From Amoeboradix gromovi X-113 (Eukaryota > Fungi > Sanchytriomycota): a stretch of DNA of 29,671 nucleotides. The number at the start of each line of letters is the position of its first letter. Position 1 is the stretch's first letter. The notes under the pieces were generated by a model. The model was not told where the DNA came from. It did not search any database and worked only from the letters and a program-made list of their open reading frames with translations. Position numbers and translations under genes: made by a program. The DNA is taken from contig JADGIF010000041.1 in NCBI GenBank assembly GCA_018985225.1, forward strand, positions 1-29,671, written 5' to 3'. Shown piece after piece: positions 1 to 10,998 of the stretch.

Positions 1-2974
1 ACATCGTGTAATACTGCGTAGTGCCTGTTGCACTCTGCTGCCTTGATCTTATTCGCAAGGATCTCGATCTGAGGATAGACTCGAGTGATTCATCGACTGC
101 CGAGACCGTATCTATAGAGGCTACTGTCGTGTCTGTTTTTGGTTTGCTCAAATTCGCTACTGTCGACACAGAAACACTTTGCAGGGTTTCTTTGTAGTCG
201 CCAGTTGATTTTGATAAAAAGGTATCTGGCAATGTATCTTTGTAGTCGCTAGTTGTGCTTAGGTCTAGGGTGCCTGTTGATGACAGAGGTATACTCTCTA
301 CAGTAGCTGATGAAGTATCTGACACAGAGCTAGCTGCATCTATCGAGCTGGTTATGTCCATGGTGGAAGTGAAGTAGCTGGTACTTTGGTTATAAAGTCC
401 ATCCTTTACACAGCTAGAAAGGGATGCATCATTTGCATTGACTAGCAGTGGGTTGTTGGTTATGTTGCATATCACCAGCTGCTGAGTATCGTTGATGAGA
501 ATGTTTGTGATCAGATTGTTTGGCACATACAGCTCCTTTGGGTTTAGTACTGAGATACCTCCTGTGAACTGATTGTATGGAGGCACATCTCTGTTCAGAT
601 AGATGTACTCTATGCTGCTTAGATCTGGTACTGGTCCTGACAGATTGTTGTTGCTGACATCTAGACTGACAAGTCCTGATGGAATGCTGCTTGGCAATGA
701 TCCAGACAGCTTGTTCTTGTTCAATAGCAGCGATAGCAGACCAGTAGGTAGTACAGTCGGAATTGAGCCATTTATCGTGTTGTCTGACAGATCCAGATGT
801 TCCAGGCTCAGAGGAAGATCTGAGGGGATTACACCACTGAGCTTGTTGGAGTGCAGGGTCACGTTTACGAGTGAGCTTGGCATATCCTCTGGAACTGGTC
901 CATTAATGCTGTTCTGACTCAGGTCCAAGGCAGTTAGGTTGGATGGGATGTGGCTGGTGTCAATTGTGCCGTTCAAGTTCATGTTTCGCCATTCTATCCT
1001 GTCTACTCGGCCAGCAGCGCAAGTCACTCCTGCACTTGAGCAGCAGTTGGTCTCGATAGATGCCATTATATCTGGCTGCACAACATCAAGATTCAATCCT
1101 ACTGCAAGGTTCATGACATCTACACACTCATTGATGTAAAGATTGTTTTTAGTGCATGTTGCTAGATCTACATCATCCTTGCTTGCTATCAGTGGATTGC
1201 TTGAGATATCGCACCTATTTAGTATACTGGTGTCTGTGATAGTAACGTTGGTGATGCGGTTATGGCTAATATACACGTAGTATGGTTTTTTGAGTATGGC
1301 TTGCCCAGTAAGCTTGTTATCATTTAAATGTAAATAGAATATGCTGTTTGGAAAAGCAGGAATGCTGCCATTCAAATAATTGTTATCTACCTTAAATCTT
1401 GACAATGCTGACGGAAGAATGGCTGGAAGACTACCATGTAGGTAGTTATAACTTGTGTCAAAATTAACCAGTGCTGAAGGAAGCGTGACAGGCATAGTAC
1501 CGTCCATAAGATTGTTACCAAAATAGAAGTCTTGCAATGTGGAAGGAAGAGAGCTTGGAACGCTGCCTGTCAAGTAATTGTTATTGGCTCTTATTTGTTT
1601 CAAGCTTGCTGGCAAGGAATCGGGGACTGATCCACTCAACCAGTTATCGTGGAGGTAAACTGTACCTAGACTAAGAGGAAGGCTTCGAGGAATAATTCCG
1701 CTTAGCTGATTGTACTGTAGCTGAATATTGGTCAAACTATCTGGTAAATCGTCTGGTATTGGTCCACTAAGGTGGTTGTCGTCCAAATCCAAAAAGAGCA
1801 AGCCATCAGGAAGGTTGTCTGGGATTGGTCCGGATATAGCGTTGCTGTACATATGCAACTTTTGGAGCGATCTCGGAATTGCTGTACCGTTTATAGTGCC
1901 ATCAAGATTCAAATAATTGAATCGAATCTCTATGACGTTGGTAGCATTGCAAGTTAAGTAATAGCTATCAGATAGTGAGCAGCAGTTGTATTCAATCTCT
2001 TTCATTAAAAAAGGGCTTGAGATGTGGAGGTTTAGGCCGTAAGCAAGGTTGACTACGTCATCGCAGTCCGATATTGTTGCTGGTGGCGTGGTAGATCTGT
2101 CGCATTTAACTAGGGTAGGATCATTAACAGGGTTGGTAAGATTTGTATTTCTCATCTTGCAGTAGTTCAAATTATTATCGTCAATCACAACGGTTGATAT
2201 ATCTGTGTTACTTATGTACAGTGCATACACACTTTTTAGGTGAAGAGTTCCATTTATGTGAGTTGACTGCAGCTCAACATAGTTGAAATTGTTTAGCAAA
2301 TAAGGAAACTCTCCTGATATGTCATTGCAGGCAAGACTTAAAGCGTACAAGCTTGAAGGAAAAGTGGAAGGGACTGTACCATTTAATCTGTTTGATATTA
2401 CGTTCATATTTCCGATAGATGGCAGGGTTTCTGGAATGGGGCAGCCTAAGAGGTTGTAACCGGCTTCAAATCTGTACAGACTGGATGGCAGGTTGTCAGG
2501 TATGCACCCTGAGATCATGTTGGAAGTCATATAAAAGTATCCAAGTGTGCTTGGAAGTGGAGGAATTGATCCACTGAACCTGTTGTTTTCGACATGAAAG
2601 TAGTTTAATTTGGAGGAAGAGACATCAGGCAAGACACCTGTGATCATGTTGTTGTTGATGTATACCCTTGTTAAAGTCGAAGGTAAATCTCCTTGGATGA
2701 TCCCGCTTATTTTGTTGTAACTAAGGTCAAGATAAGTCATCATTCTGGGAAGCGCTGTCATGTTTATAACCCCTGTAAGACTTGACCCAAAAAAGTCTAC
2801 ATAGTCTACACGATCAGATATGCAGCCTATTTCATAGCCGTTGCAGCAGTCTACCCGAAGCGATTTCATTAGTCTAGGGTTGGTAAGACCCACATTCAGT
2901 CCTTCAGCAAGATTGATCACGTCCGGGCAGTCTATGGATACAGTATGAATCAATGCTATCAACAGGTGAAGCAT
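1..2974 (-). CDS. Secreted/surface leucine-rich-repeat protein with three Cys-capped LRR modules and a Ser/Thr-rich stalk; 3' end runs off the window
   Basis: ATG at 2974 gives MLHLLIALIHTVSIDCPDVINLAEGLNV (signal peptide). Repeated LxLSxNxLSGxIP-type LRRs follow. N-caps DCPDVINLAEGLNV (2932), DCDDVVNLAYGLNL (2068) and ECVDVMNLAVGLNL (1129) are all in one frame. S/T-rich below ~390. Absent from the ORF track, consistent with no stop inside the window. Confidence 0.9.
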   Translation of the reverse strand, partial: MLHLLIALIHTVSIDCPDVINLAEGLNVGLTNPRLMKSLRVDCCNGYEIGCISDRVDYVDFFGSSLTGVINMTALPRMMTYLDLSYNKISGIIQGDLPSTLTRVYINNNMITGVLPDVSSSKLNYFHVENNRFSGSIPPLPSTLGYFYMTSNMISGCIPDNLPSSLYRFEAGYNLLGCPIPETLPSIGNMNVISNRLNGTVPSTFPSSLYALSLACNDISGEFPYLLNNFNYVELQSTHINGTLHLKSVYALYISNTDISTVVIDDNNLNYCKMRNTNLTNPVNDPTLVKCDRSTTPPATISDCDDVVNLAYGLNLHISSPFLMKEIEYNCCSLSDSYYLTCNATNVIEIRFNYLNLDGTINGTAIPRSLQKLHMYSNAISGPIPDNLPDGLLFLDLDDNHLSGPIPDDLPDSLTNIQLQYNQLSGIIPRSLPLSLGTVYLHDNWLSGSVPDSLPASLKQIRANNNYLTGSVPSSLPSTLQDFYFGNNLMDGTMPVTLPSALVNFDTSYNYLHGSLPAILPSALSRFKVDNNYLNGSIPAFPNSIFYLHLNDNKLTGQAILKKPYYVYISHNRITNVTITDTSILNRCDISSNPLIASKDDVDLATCTKNNLYINECVDVMNLAVGLNLDVVQPDIMASIETNCCSSAGVTCAAGRVDRIEWRNMNLNGTIDTSHIPSNLTALDLSQNSINGPVPEDMPSSLVNVTLHSNKLSGVIPSDLPLSLEHLDLSDNTINGSIPTVLPTGLLSLLLNKNKLSGSLPSSIPSGLVSLDVSNNNLSGPVPDLSSIEYIYLNRDVPPYNQFTGGISVLNPKELYVPNNLITNILINDTQQLVICNITNNPLLVNANDASLSSCVKDGLYNQSTSYFTSTMDITSSIDAASSVSDTSSATVESIPLSSTGTLDLSTTSDYKDTLPDTFLSKSTGDYKETLQSVSVSTVANLSKPKTDTTVASIDTVSAVDESLESILRSRSLRIRSRQQSATGTTQYYTM

Positions 2975-4149
2975 CGACAATTTCAAAACCATCTTAGCCA
3001 TTTGAACACGCTCTTTGCCTATAGATGGTCTTGCGACCTGATTCGCTGGTAAGGTGGCTCAAGATATTCTGGAACGTTGAGCGATTAAAATACAGCGAGT
3101 AGACACCTTCACACATGTATTCTTACTTACAAATCATGGAGCGGTCTGCAATTGATTTCTTAAAGAATTAATATGGCAAGATTCTAACAAGGTATATCAG
3201 TTTGAATTTATTAACCTGACACACCGCATCCTGTTCACTTGGATCACTGAAAAGCGCGGATTTGGACAACTCAAAGGCTTAGTTAATATTTTTATATGAA
3301 ATGCAGCGATGCGATCCACCTTTTTCTTAATTTATAACAATTTTAGTCACTTTTGCTAGTATGTACTAGCAGAAATTCATCAAGTCGATTTTTCGGCTTC
3401 TTGTACTGTGATGGCAAACCCTCATATTCAGAAAACTGCAACTTAGCAACAGCTCATTATCATGATGCCACGTATAGTTTGTAATATGTTGTCAAGTTAG
3501 ATGCCTTACAAATTGCTGATTCTGGCTCACAAATATGTTGTTACAGAGGTTAGGAAAACTAATTGAATTTGTAGCTACAAGTACTAATCGTGGTGCTGGA
3601 TATTGGTGGCGTACTTAGTGATGAGGTTATCAGGTATACCCTGATGATGCTATAAATTTGAGGTAAATTTGGTGACCACCTAACTGCTCGCAAATGTCGA
3701 AAATCAAAATGTCGGCATAAGAAATAGATTTGGGGTTGCTTATCAGCAGCCTAAGATATATTCATAAAACTTTAAGTGCCATTTATTAAGTTGCATTAAT
3801 TATTACTACGACTTACACTATTTCGAAATTTCTGGCTCTGAAGCTAATCCCTATGAATAAACATCATGATTTTACGAGTTTATATCGTGCTTTGAAGATA
3901 CTATAATCGTATTATTCATGTCACACTCAAGCTGATTTGGTATTAAGAAGTGCACATTAGTATGGATTAGTTAAACTCTGAACAAGAACTGCCACCAGAA
4001 TCAGCAGTGGGTTTAAATATTCCGTATCTTGTTTAAGAGCCCCAAGCACGACGAAAAATAAAATTGATCACTTCATCGCGCTCATATAGAACAACATGAT
4101 ATAAAATAGGAGTCTAAAAGCTTTTTATGAGTTAATAATCTTTTATTAG

Positions 4150-5490
4150 CTATCCGTCTTTAGGATTCACACTGGGCATATTGGGTTCTCGCTCACGCAT
4201 CATCAAATGGAAGCATTCTTCGTACAGTCTACCAGGCTCTCCCACCAATGCAGTTTCTCCTTTTTCGCCTGTTACAGTCGTATCTAAACGATAAGTGCAA
4301 CCTTTCTTGATGCGTGATAATAATCCGGCCAAGTATTCCTTTACTACCCCACTTGCAGCAGTTTCATGTAACTCCTCTAGCAATCGATACCCATAATACA
4401 ATTCTTTGAAGGACCACACAATTATTGTCCCAAAATCATATAGAAATTTGTCAATCTTGGTAGAATCCGATAACCTACTTACAAATGACTTCAGCAAAGA
4501 AGATGGATTAACTTCTGTTCCATCAATTGTAATCTTGTTGACTCTCATGTAATCGGTAAACATTTTAAGAACTCCCAATACCACACCATGATAAACTGCA
4601 GAGTCCCTCATTAGATTCCTAACAACTTTGAGTTTTACAATCTCGTCAATTTCTACCAATTTATTGAACAATGGCAAGTCGAATCTGAAAAGACTCATAC
4701 CATAAACATTTGATACATCTTTAGCACTGGTGATACTTGATAGCTCTTCCCAAGTCAATAGGCCTATGGAAGACATCTTTTTTACTTGGATTACAGCGGT
4801 ACCTATTGCATCACCTATCGGTTTAAATGAGTCTGCCACTAGTTGCATTGGAAACTTGAAAGCATCACCACAAAATTGAACACAAACATTAAACAAAAGA
4901 TATCCCATGAGTGTCACCAAATACACTGGTAAGCCTAGAGGACCAATTATAAGAAACCACAAAACTTGGAGAAACATAGCAGTTGTTACCAATAGTGCCA
5001 TTGTGGAAACAATAGATGCTCCTACGGCCGTGGCAAGTGTGTTTCGGACAAAATCTCTTTTGCCGATTGTGCTTCCTGGATTCTGATTAGTATAATCACT
5101 GAAATCTACCTCGAGATATTTACTGTCTCCTAATCTAGAAAAAGCCGTAAAATCAGAAGTATCTTCATCCAAGCTACCCAAACACGTAGAGCTGCTAATT
5201 AGTTCCTTTACCTTGATAAGCAAATAAGCTAGCAAATTGTAGTCTTCCGCTGTAATTGGTGAATAATCTCGCAATCTTACATGCATGCATGGCTCCTCAG
5301 GAGCTACCATTCTTAAGCATTGCATAACTGAATCCAAGTCATATACTTCCTTTAAGCGATTATCTACGTTGTTTCTTGAAATTACGCCAGCAATTTGCTC
5401 TTTAAGGTCAGTTAGAATACCTAGATCCTCACTGCCGCTACAATAGCCAACGCCAGAAGCGCTGTAGCACAATGCAATTAACAAATTCAT
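4150..5490 (-). CDS. Hypothetical membrane protein, 446 aa
   Basis: Long ORF with ATG, short hydrophobic N-terminus and a central hydrophobic block (TLATAVGASIVSTMALL...GYLLFNVCV) suggesting 2-3 TM helices; no family recognised. Confidence 0.7.
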   Translation of the reverse strand: MNLLIALCYSASGVGYCSGSEDLGILTDLKEQIAGVISRNNVDNRLKEVYDLDSVMQCLRMVAPEEPCMHVRLRDYSPITAEDYNLLAYLLIKVKELISSSTCLGSLDEDTSDFTAFSRLGDSKYLEVDFSDYTNQNPGSTIGKRDFVRNTLATAVGASIVSTMALLVTTAMFLQVLWFLIIGPLGLPVYLVTLMGYLLFNVCVQFCGDAFKFPMQLVADSFKPIGDAIGTAVIQVKKMSSIGLLTWEELSSITSAKDVSNVYGMSLFRFDLPLFNKLVEIDEIVKLKVVRNLMRDSAVYHGVVLGVLKMFTDYMRVNKITIDGTEVNPSSLLKSFVSRLSDSTKIDKFLYDFGTIIVWSFKELYYGYRLLEELHETAASGVVKEYLAGLLSRIKKGCTYRLDTTVTGEKGETALVGEPGRLYEECFHLMMREREPNMPSVNPKDG

Positions 5491-5599
5491 GTTTCAAATC
5501 ATTTCATGAGACTGAAATTAACATGTCATCACATTGTGAAATCGTGAAATCCACAAGATGATAATTTCATGGCATCATGAAATTATGACGTAATAGATA

Positions 5600-5901
5600 C
5601 AAAGATTCATCTATGGGATAGCCTCTTTTTGAAGTATACTTCAAAGCCACTGCATTTCTCTCTTTTGGCTTCTAGGTTAGATTCTTCGTCACAGCCACGA
5701 TTTCTTCTTTCTTCTATTCTTGATCCTTTGTAACTTCTTTTTTGATGTATGCTTATCATGTTTGCAAATGTTCGCATTGTCTCTACTGATGTTTCCTATA
5801 CGTAAATGAGGGCAGTTGCGTGGTTTTCGAAATTCGCGTCCATGCATGGTGACTGATCCATCTATACCATATGGCTTTAGAAAGCACATACGCCTCTCCA
5901 T
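5600..5901 (-). pseudogene. Fanzor2/TnpB fragment, same family as the 23.7-24.4 kb copy
   Basis: PYGIDGSVTMHGREFRK...SKKKLQRIKNRRKKKSWL aligns with AYAIDGSVTMYGHKCRK...SKQKSQKIKNIMKKKAWL. DNA similarity resumes after an ~100-bp internal deletion (junction ~5691). Confidence 0.85.
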
Positions 5902-6357
5902 ATAGCTTGAAAGTTGTAATAGATTTAGAAAAGAAATTTATTATACAACGGCTGATAATGTAAATGATAAGGAAATAAATCATAGATATATATCTTTGCC
6001 ATTAATAACTAAATAGACAGGTTCATTTCGAATCGGAATTTTTGCATCTACCAATAGATATTTACTACATCACGAGCAATCATATAGTAAGATGGCTATA
6101 GGTGCCCTAATCTTATCATCATACTAATGGGATTGACATCCGCGATTCAATAAGCTGACGGTATGGGGTTTAGAGTTGGACAGCATTGTTATCGCGATTA
6201 TAAAGCGGAGTGAATGACAATGGCAAGGTATAAAGAAGATCCAGCTCTAATTCTGTGATTTCCGGATTTCTCTTTCCTGCTCCCATCTTGTATTTAGATC
6301 CCAACAATTGATAGAATTATGTGCCATGGGTCTATAATTGCTGTTGCTTGATTTCTC

Positions 6358-8520
6358 TCATATGATTTCTTTGTGTCTTCTTCTTCTTCTTCTTCTCCTC
6401 CTTCTTTTACATGCTTTTGTTTTCTTTTCAAGTATCTCACCCTCTGCAGCTTGAAATTGCTCCAACTTCATGGGTCTGCTTTTTCTACAAGGATTGTTTC
6501 TTATTGGATCATCTTGTTGTAAACCATCGATATATTTAATAATATTATTCCATGGTTTTCTTGTAGCAAAATTACTGTACTTCCCAACAATAAGTAATGA
6601 CTTCCTAGCACGACTGATTGCAACATTCACTCTATTAGGATCCTTGTTAAACCCGATACCAGCAGTTCTTACCAAAGACAGTATCACGATATCCTTTTCT
6701 TGTCCTTGAAAAGAATCAAATGTGTCAATCTGTATATCCTCATTTTTACGATGATTCAGGAGCCTACGTATTCGATCTCTCTGAGCTGCGTAGCCAGTAA
6801 TTATACCGATTGAGGGTGCTAGTCCACCCAAATCTCTGTCCTTCAGCCTGTGTTTATCCAATATTTGATTTATAATTTTCACAACTTTCAGTGCTTCCTT
6901 TTCATTTTTATAACTAGGCTTGCAGTTCACTTCCGCTCCGCTTACTTTGATAAACTCTAGTTTTTTGAATGGGTAGTCAAAGTCCATGGAGTATTTGTAC
7001 ACGTTTTCACCGTTTTTAAGTTGCCCATCGTACATGAAGTCAGATACCATTTTAGAAATAATAGGATCCATTCGGTATTGTGTCTTTAACATGGAACAGC
7101 AAGAATGTTTCAGCTCCCAAAATCGCTCAAACAAGCTTCTATTGGAGTGTAGGGCCTTTGCGCCTTTTATCAAAGTGAAAGGCGGCAATTGCTTTGGATC
7201 TCCTATCATTACCAGTTGTTTGACTGAATTCTGAACTAACATCAAAGCACTGGCTTCGTCAACTTGGCCAGCCTCGTCACAAAAGACATGCGAATAGTCA
7301 AGGTTTTGCATTCTTTTGGACATGACACAGCTTACAGTGCAGAAAATGATGTCTACTTTGTATTTAATTTTATTCCATTGTTTTCTCAATCTATTATTGG
7401 AACTGGTACCGCAGAACCGTGTAAATGCTAGTCTGGATAGCACTTTTGCATTATCCATTTTATCATCCCTTCCTAGAATAATTAGTCTGTTTAAATCAAA
7501 TACATCAGCTTCGCAGTACATTTCTACAAACTTATTTGCGCTTCTCGCTACAGCAACATTTGAGGGCGCACATACAACAATAGGACCTTCTCTTAAAGGA
7601 TGGCGAACAGCGTTAAATATCATCACGCAAGTTGAGAACGTTTTTCCTGTTCCTGGCGGACCTTGGACTAAAGTCAAATCTGAAGCTCTACTCATCCCGT
7701 ATATGACGTGATTTGCAACCTCCTTTTGCAGTTTATTAAGTGAACGGTAATACGGATCTCCGACAAGAAATTTTATGGTATCGTAGTCATTCGGATTCCA
7801 AGTGTTCCTTTCTCCATCTTTTAAAATGATGGAAAGCAAGGGACTTTTTTCGTGCATTTCACTGCTAATCAATGACTTAAAGACACGGATGAATGGAACC
7901 ATTGTAGTTAAAACATCAATATTACATGTCGAGTTCAATATATCTTCAACCTCATAAATGTCCAATTCATGGCCCTGATTACTCTCGATGAATTGCAACC
8001 GTGCTACATAGCCAGTATTACCCCGGCCAATAGCAGCGCTTTTCTTGAGAACTTTGACTACAAATGCAAATCTGAAGCGACGATGCAATATTTCATTTAC
8101 CTCATTACCCTCATAATAACCATCATTTTGTGTAATTAGTAACAAATCCTTTTCACACAATTCTATAGGATATTTGCTGTTTGCTTCGTTCGGTAGTGCC
8201 GTATACACAAATTGAATCTTACCATTTACGATTACTGTGTTCCTGATATCAAATGACATTCTATTTGTAGGCGATAATATACCCTGAGCTGCATCTTGAA
8301 GAACATGTGGTTGGAATATATTCAACATCCTCTCCAATCTATGAAACTTTGAAGGAATCCTTTTCAAGTATGGTGCAGTGTCTAGACTCTTCATTACTTC
8401 GTCAATTACTGGACGAATTAAAGCAGCATCGGATGTGTTTTGATGTGGCATTGTGAAACAATATTGGGGGATAAAGCTTTTAGGTAATTGGAAATTAATT
8501 TCACCCCAATCACCTAGCAT
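6358..8520 (-). CDS. Superfamily 1 Upf1/Sen1/DNA2-NAM7-like helicase
   Basis: Motifs QGPPGTGKT, CAPSNVAV, DEAGQ, IGDPKQLPP, LKTQYRM, GIITGYAAQ, DSFQGQEKD and RVNVAISRAR. First ATG at 8520 (the ORF track uses TTG 8565). Arg-rich C-terminal tail. Confidence 0.92.
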   Translation of the reverse strand: MLGDWGEINFQLPKSFIPQYCFTMPHQNTSDAALIRPVIDEVMKSLDTAPYLKRIPSKFHRLERMLNIFQPHVLQDAAQGILSPTNRMSFDIRNTVIVNGKIQFVYTALPNEANSKYPIELCEKDLLLITQNDGYYEGNEVNEILHRRFRFAFVVKVLKKSAAIGRGNTGYVARLQFIESNQGHELDIYEVEDILNSTCNIDVLTTMVPFIRVFKSLISSEMHEKSPLLSIILKDGERNTWNPNDYDTIKFLVGDPYYRSLNKLQKEVANHVIYGMSRASDLTLVQGPPGTGKTFSTCVMIFNAVRHPLREGPIVVCAPSNVAVARSANKFVEMYCEADVFDLNRLIILGRDDKMDNAKVLSRLAFTRFCGTSSNNRLRKQWNKIKYKVDIIFCTVSCVMSKRMQNLDYSHVFCDEAGQVDEASALMLVQNSVKQLVMIGDPKQLPPFTLIKGAKALHSNRSLFERFWELKHSCCSMLKTQYRMDPIISKMVSDFMYDGQLKNGENVYKYSMDFDYPFKKLEFIKVSGAEVNCKPSYKNEKEALKVVKIINQILDKHRLKDRDLGGLAPSIGIITGYAAQRDRIRRLLNHRKNEDIQIDTFDSFQGQEKDIVILSLVRTAGIGFNKDPNRVNVAISRARKSLLIVGKYSNFATRKPWNNIIKYIDGLQQDDPIRNNPCRKSRPMKLEQFQAAEGEILEKKTKACKRRRRRRRRRRHKEII

Positions 8521-9395
8521 GATACCCGTGATTTTCTCCGCGAACCAAGACGCCACACAATTCAAAATTTTGTTTGCTTAAAACAGATTTATCTGCAATG
8601 AACTTTTAAATCTTATCAAAGAGGATGGTGTTTAAGGATAACTACTTGAATTTCAGAATAAATAGCTAATTTAGTAGCATATTACTTTAATAGTTGCGTA
8701 AAAGTTTCTAGTACGAACAAAGTGCCAAGAATTCCGAAAATATCAAGTATTCCAGTAAATTTAAATGTTTGTACATCATAAACCTTAAGACTACAAAGTT
8801 ATTGTGGTTAAATGCCATGTGCATGCCTAAAAAGCTTAGTATTGGTAAATCCATGAAAGCGCCCTTAACATATAGAGTTCAAAACATTTTAGTGCACTCT
8901 GCGCGTGTAGGTGTAAAAAATTAATTAGGTATTTCTACATTATTCATATCCAGACACTAATCAATCAGTGCCTCGGCTACTACAAAATATCTTTTATAAC
9001 ACTATATCAATCACTTTCTTTAATTAACGTTGTAAGAGTAAAATCAATATGCCCATTCAACGCAGGCATAGTAACTGCTTTCTTGCCATGCAGTAGAAAC
9101 TCAATGACAATCAAACTGTGGACTCTACTTCCCATGGCCTCACGATCTTATCAAAACCCCACAATGCACATTTTCTCTGTGGAGAAATGAATCATTGCAC
9201 CCCCATTCTTCAAGTTATTGAGTTTATTAAAATATTGAGCGTTTCAGATTATCTAAACTTTATATTTGGTCTCCTATATGCCTGATCTCTGCGTTGATTC
9301 GCGTTTGAAGTAACAAGCCTGAGTCTCACAATACTCCAGTATAGACTCCCTCAGGTTACATCGATAGTTGGCATGCACCTCCCCTCCTAACACTA

Positions 9396-10334
9396 ATGTC
9401 GTCCATCTCAAATGATACCTACACATTCACAAACATCCAAGGAGCTTCTGGTTATCTCATGTTCAAAGCACCGTTTGTCATTTCAAATGTCAGCTGCACG
9501 AACCTTTCATACGAGTACGACGGCAACATAAAGTCATGCTATGGTACCTCCAAAAACGCGGCTGAGCTAGTTCCGCAATATTGTACTGAGAGATGCCATT
9601 CTGCGCTTACTGAGGTGTCTAGATGTATCAATGACAAGAAAGAGAGTGATGCAAGTATAATTTTACGGTACTGGTTTAGCCACTGCTTGGCCAGTCCGAA
9701 AAACAGCTCTAACATATGCCTAGTGTCTAGGCTAAACCTACTAACCGAAAAGGGTGGCGACGAGTCCGTTCTCAAGACCACAGCTGCATGGCCAATGACT
9801 TGTGATGCTTGCACTCGCGTGTCTATGGCTCGAATGCTAGACGATTATGAGTTCCTCAAAAACAATCCAATATATGCTGCCTCTCTGCCTGATCTCTCTA
9901 ACATCCAGATATCTCAGGAGAATGTTATCAGAGAGTGTGGCAACACATACGATCAGTTGGAAATAGATCCTAGCGACACTGGCAGTAGAAGTAGCCTGCC
10001 AACATATGGGATAGTCCTGATAGTTGTAGGATGTGTAGCCGCTTTGCTGCTGCTTGGGCTATGTGTCAGAAGACGATGTCTAAAAAGTCGGCAAGGCAAC
10101 GCTGAGAATGATTCATGTATACCTAAAGATCCTTACCAGATGAATGAGAGCGGCTTCTCTCCCAAGCACAAACAAGAAGATGCGGATGATTCTGTGGGCC
10201 CATCTGATGAGACCTTGGGGAACGAGCGTTATTCGTTTCCACAGCCCAGAATTAATGCAAGTGCGAATATCGCTAGCAATGAGGAGAACGTTTATGATGA
10301 TATGAGAGTTACCAACTTTAGAAACTTGAACTAG
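9396..10334 (+). CDS. Single-pass membrane protein with a Cys-rich ectodomain
   Basis: 312-aa ORF; many Cys and N-x-S/T sites; TM segment GIVLIVVGCVAALLLLGLCV followed by RRR (positive-inside). Confidence 0.75.
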   Translation: MSSISNDTYTFTNIQGASGYLMFKAPFVISNVSCTNLSYEYDGNIKSCYGTSKNAAELVPQYCTERCHSALTEVSRCINDKKESDASIILRYWFSHCLASPKNSSNICLVSRLNLLTEKGGDESVLKTTAAWPMTCDACTRVSMARMLDDYEFLKNNPIYAASLPDLSNIQISQENVIRECGNTYDQLEIDPSDTGSRSSLPTYGIVLIVVGCVAALLLLGLCVRRRCLKSRQGNAENDSCIPKDPYQMNESGFSPKHKQEDADDSVGPSDETLGNERYSFPQPRINASANIASNEENVYDDMRVTNFRNLN

Positions 10335-10755
10335 TAAATCTATTGATAAATCCATCTTTCAAGGGCATTATTTGATAGTGCTGAATATCCATCAATCGAT
10401 TGAAGAAACTTATCAATTGATCTCTATTTTGCATTTCTATCCAAGGCTTCGCTGACATAGATTCAAGAATGGCGATATTCGAGACTGCGTATCGGCATCA
10501 GTTCATTTACAGTAACCAGGTGTGGAAGGTGATGTAACGATAAGCATCCTGCTGAATATGTCAATAACATTGCTTTAGCACCCATAAATAAAAACTAGCC
10601 TATTGCGATCAGCGATGATAAGAGTGTGGTTCTTTCTTGGACCATAACGATAACCTGTTAATGCATCTCAGCTGTATTCGGGGCTCTTGAGAAGTCTAGC
10701 AGAAAAATAGAAAGAAGTAAAGAACATTTCAGTCAGTTTTATACATAATTTACAT

Positions 10756-10998
10756 TTACTTTCTTACTAGGCATTGCATGTACCAGGAGTCGAATCTTAC
10801 AATCTTGTATCCGATAGAGTTGTAATAGTACATCCAGGCATCACAGAATGCGAACGCGTCAGATGCACCTAGTCCTACGCCATATGGGGCGGGTTTTGGT
10901 ACTTTTGTCTTTGAAGCACTACCTTTTTTGGTGCTAGGCGGTTTTGGAGTGTAAGCTGCTTGAATAATGCACAGAAGAAAGACCAGACTGAAGTTCAT
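10756..10998 (-). CDS. Small secreted protein (~80 aa)
   Basis: ATG 10998: MNFSLVFLLCIIQAA signal peptide, Lys/Pro-rich linker, short C-terminal domain with two Cys. Confidence 0.6.
   Translation of the reverse strand: MNFSLVFLLCIIQAAYTPKPPSTKKGSASKTKVPKPAPYGVGLGASDAFAFCDAWMYYYNSIGYKIVRFDSWYMQCLVRK

Noticed and set aside
603-1957. Four short + strand ORFs
   Set aside because: Antisense shadows of the LRR gene on the - strand.
3354-3371. Short palindrome tgctagta-tg-tactagca
   Set aside because: An 8-bp stem in AT-rich intergenic DNA is compatible with chance.
6470-7711. + strand ORFs of 79-131 aa
   Set aside because: Antisense to the helicase.
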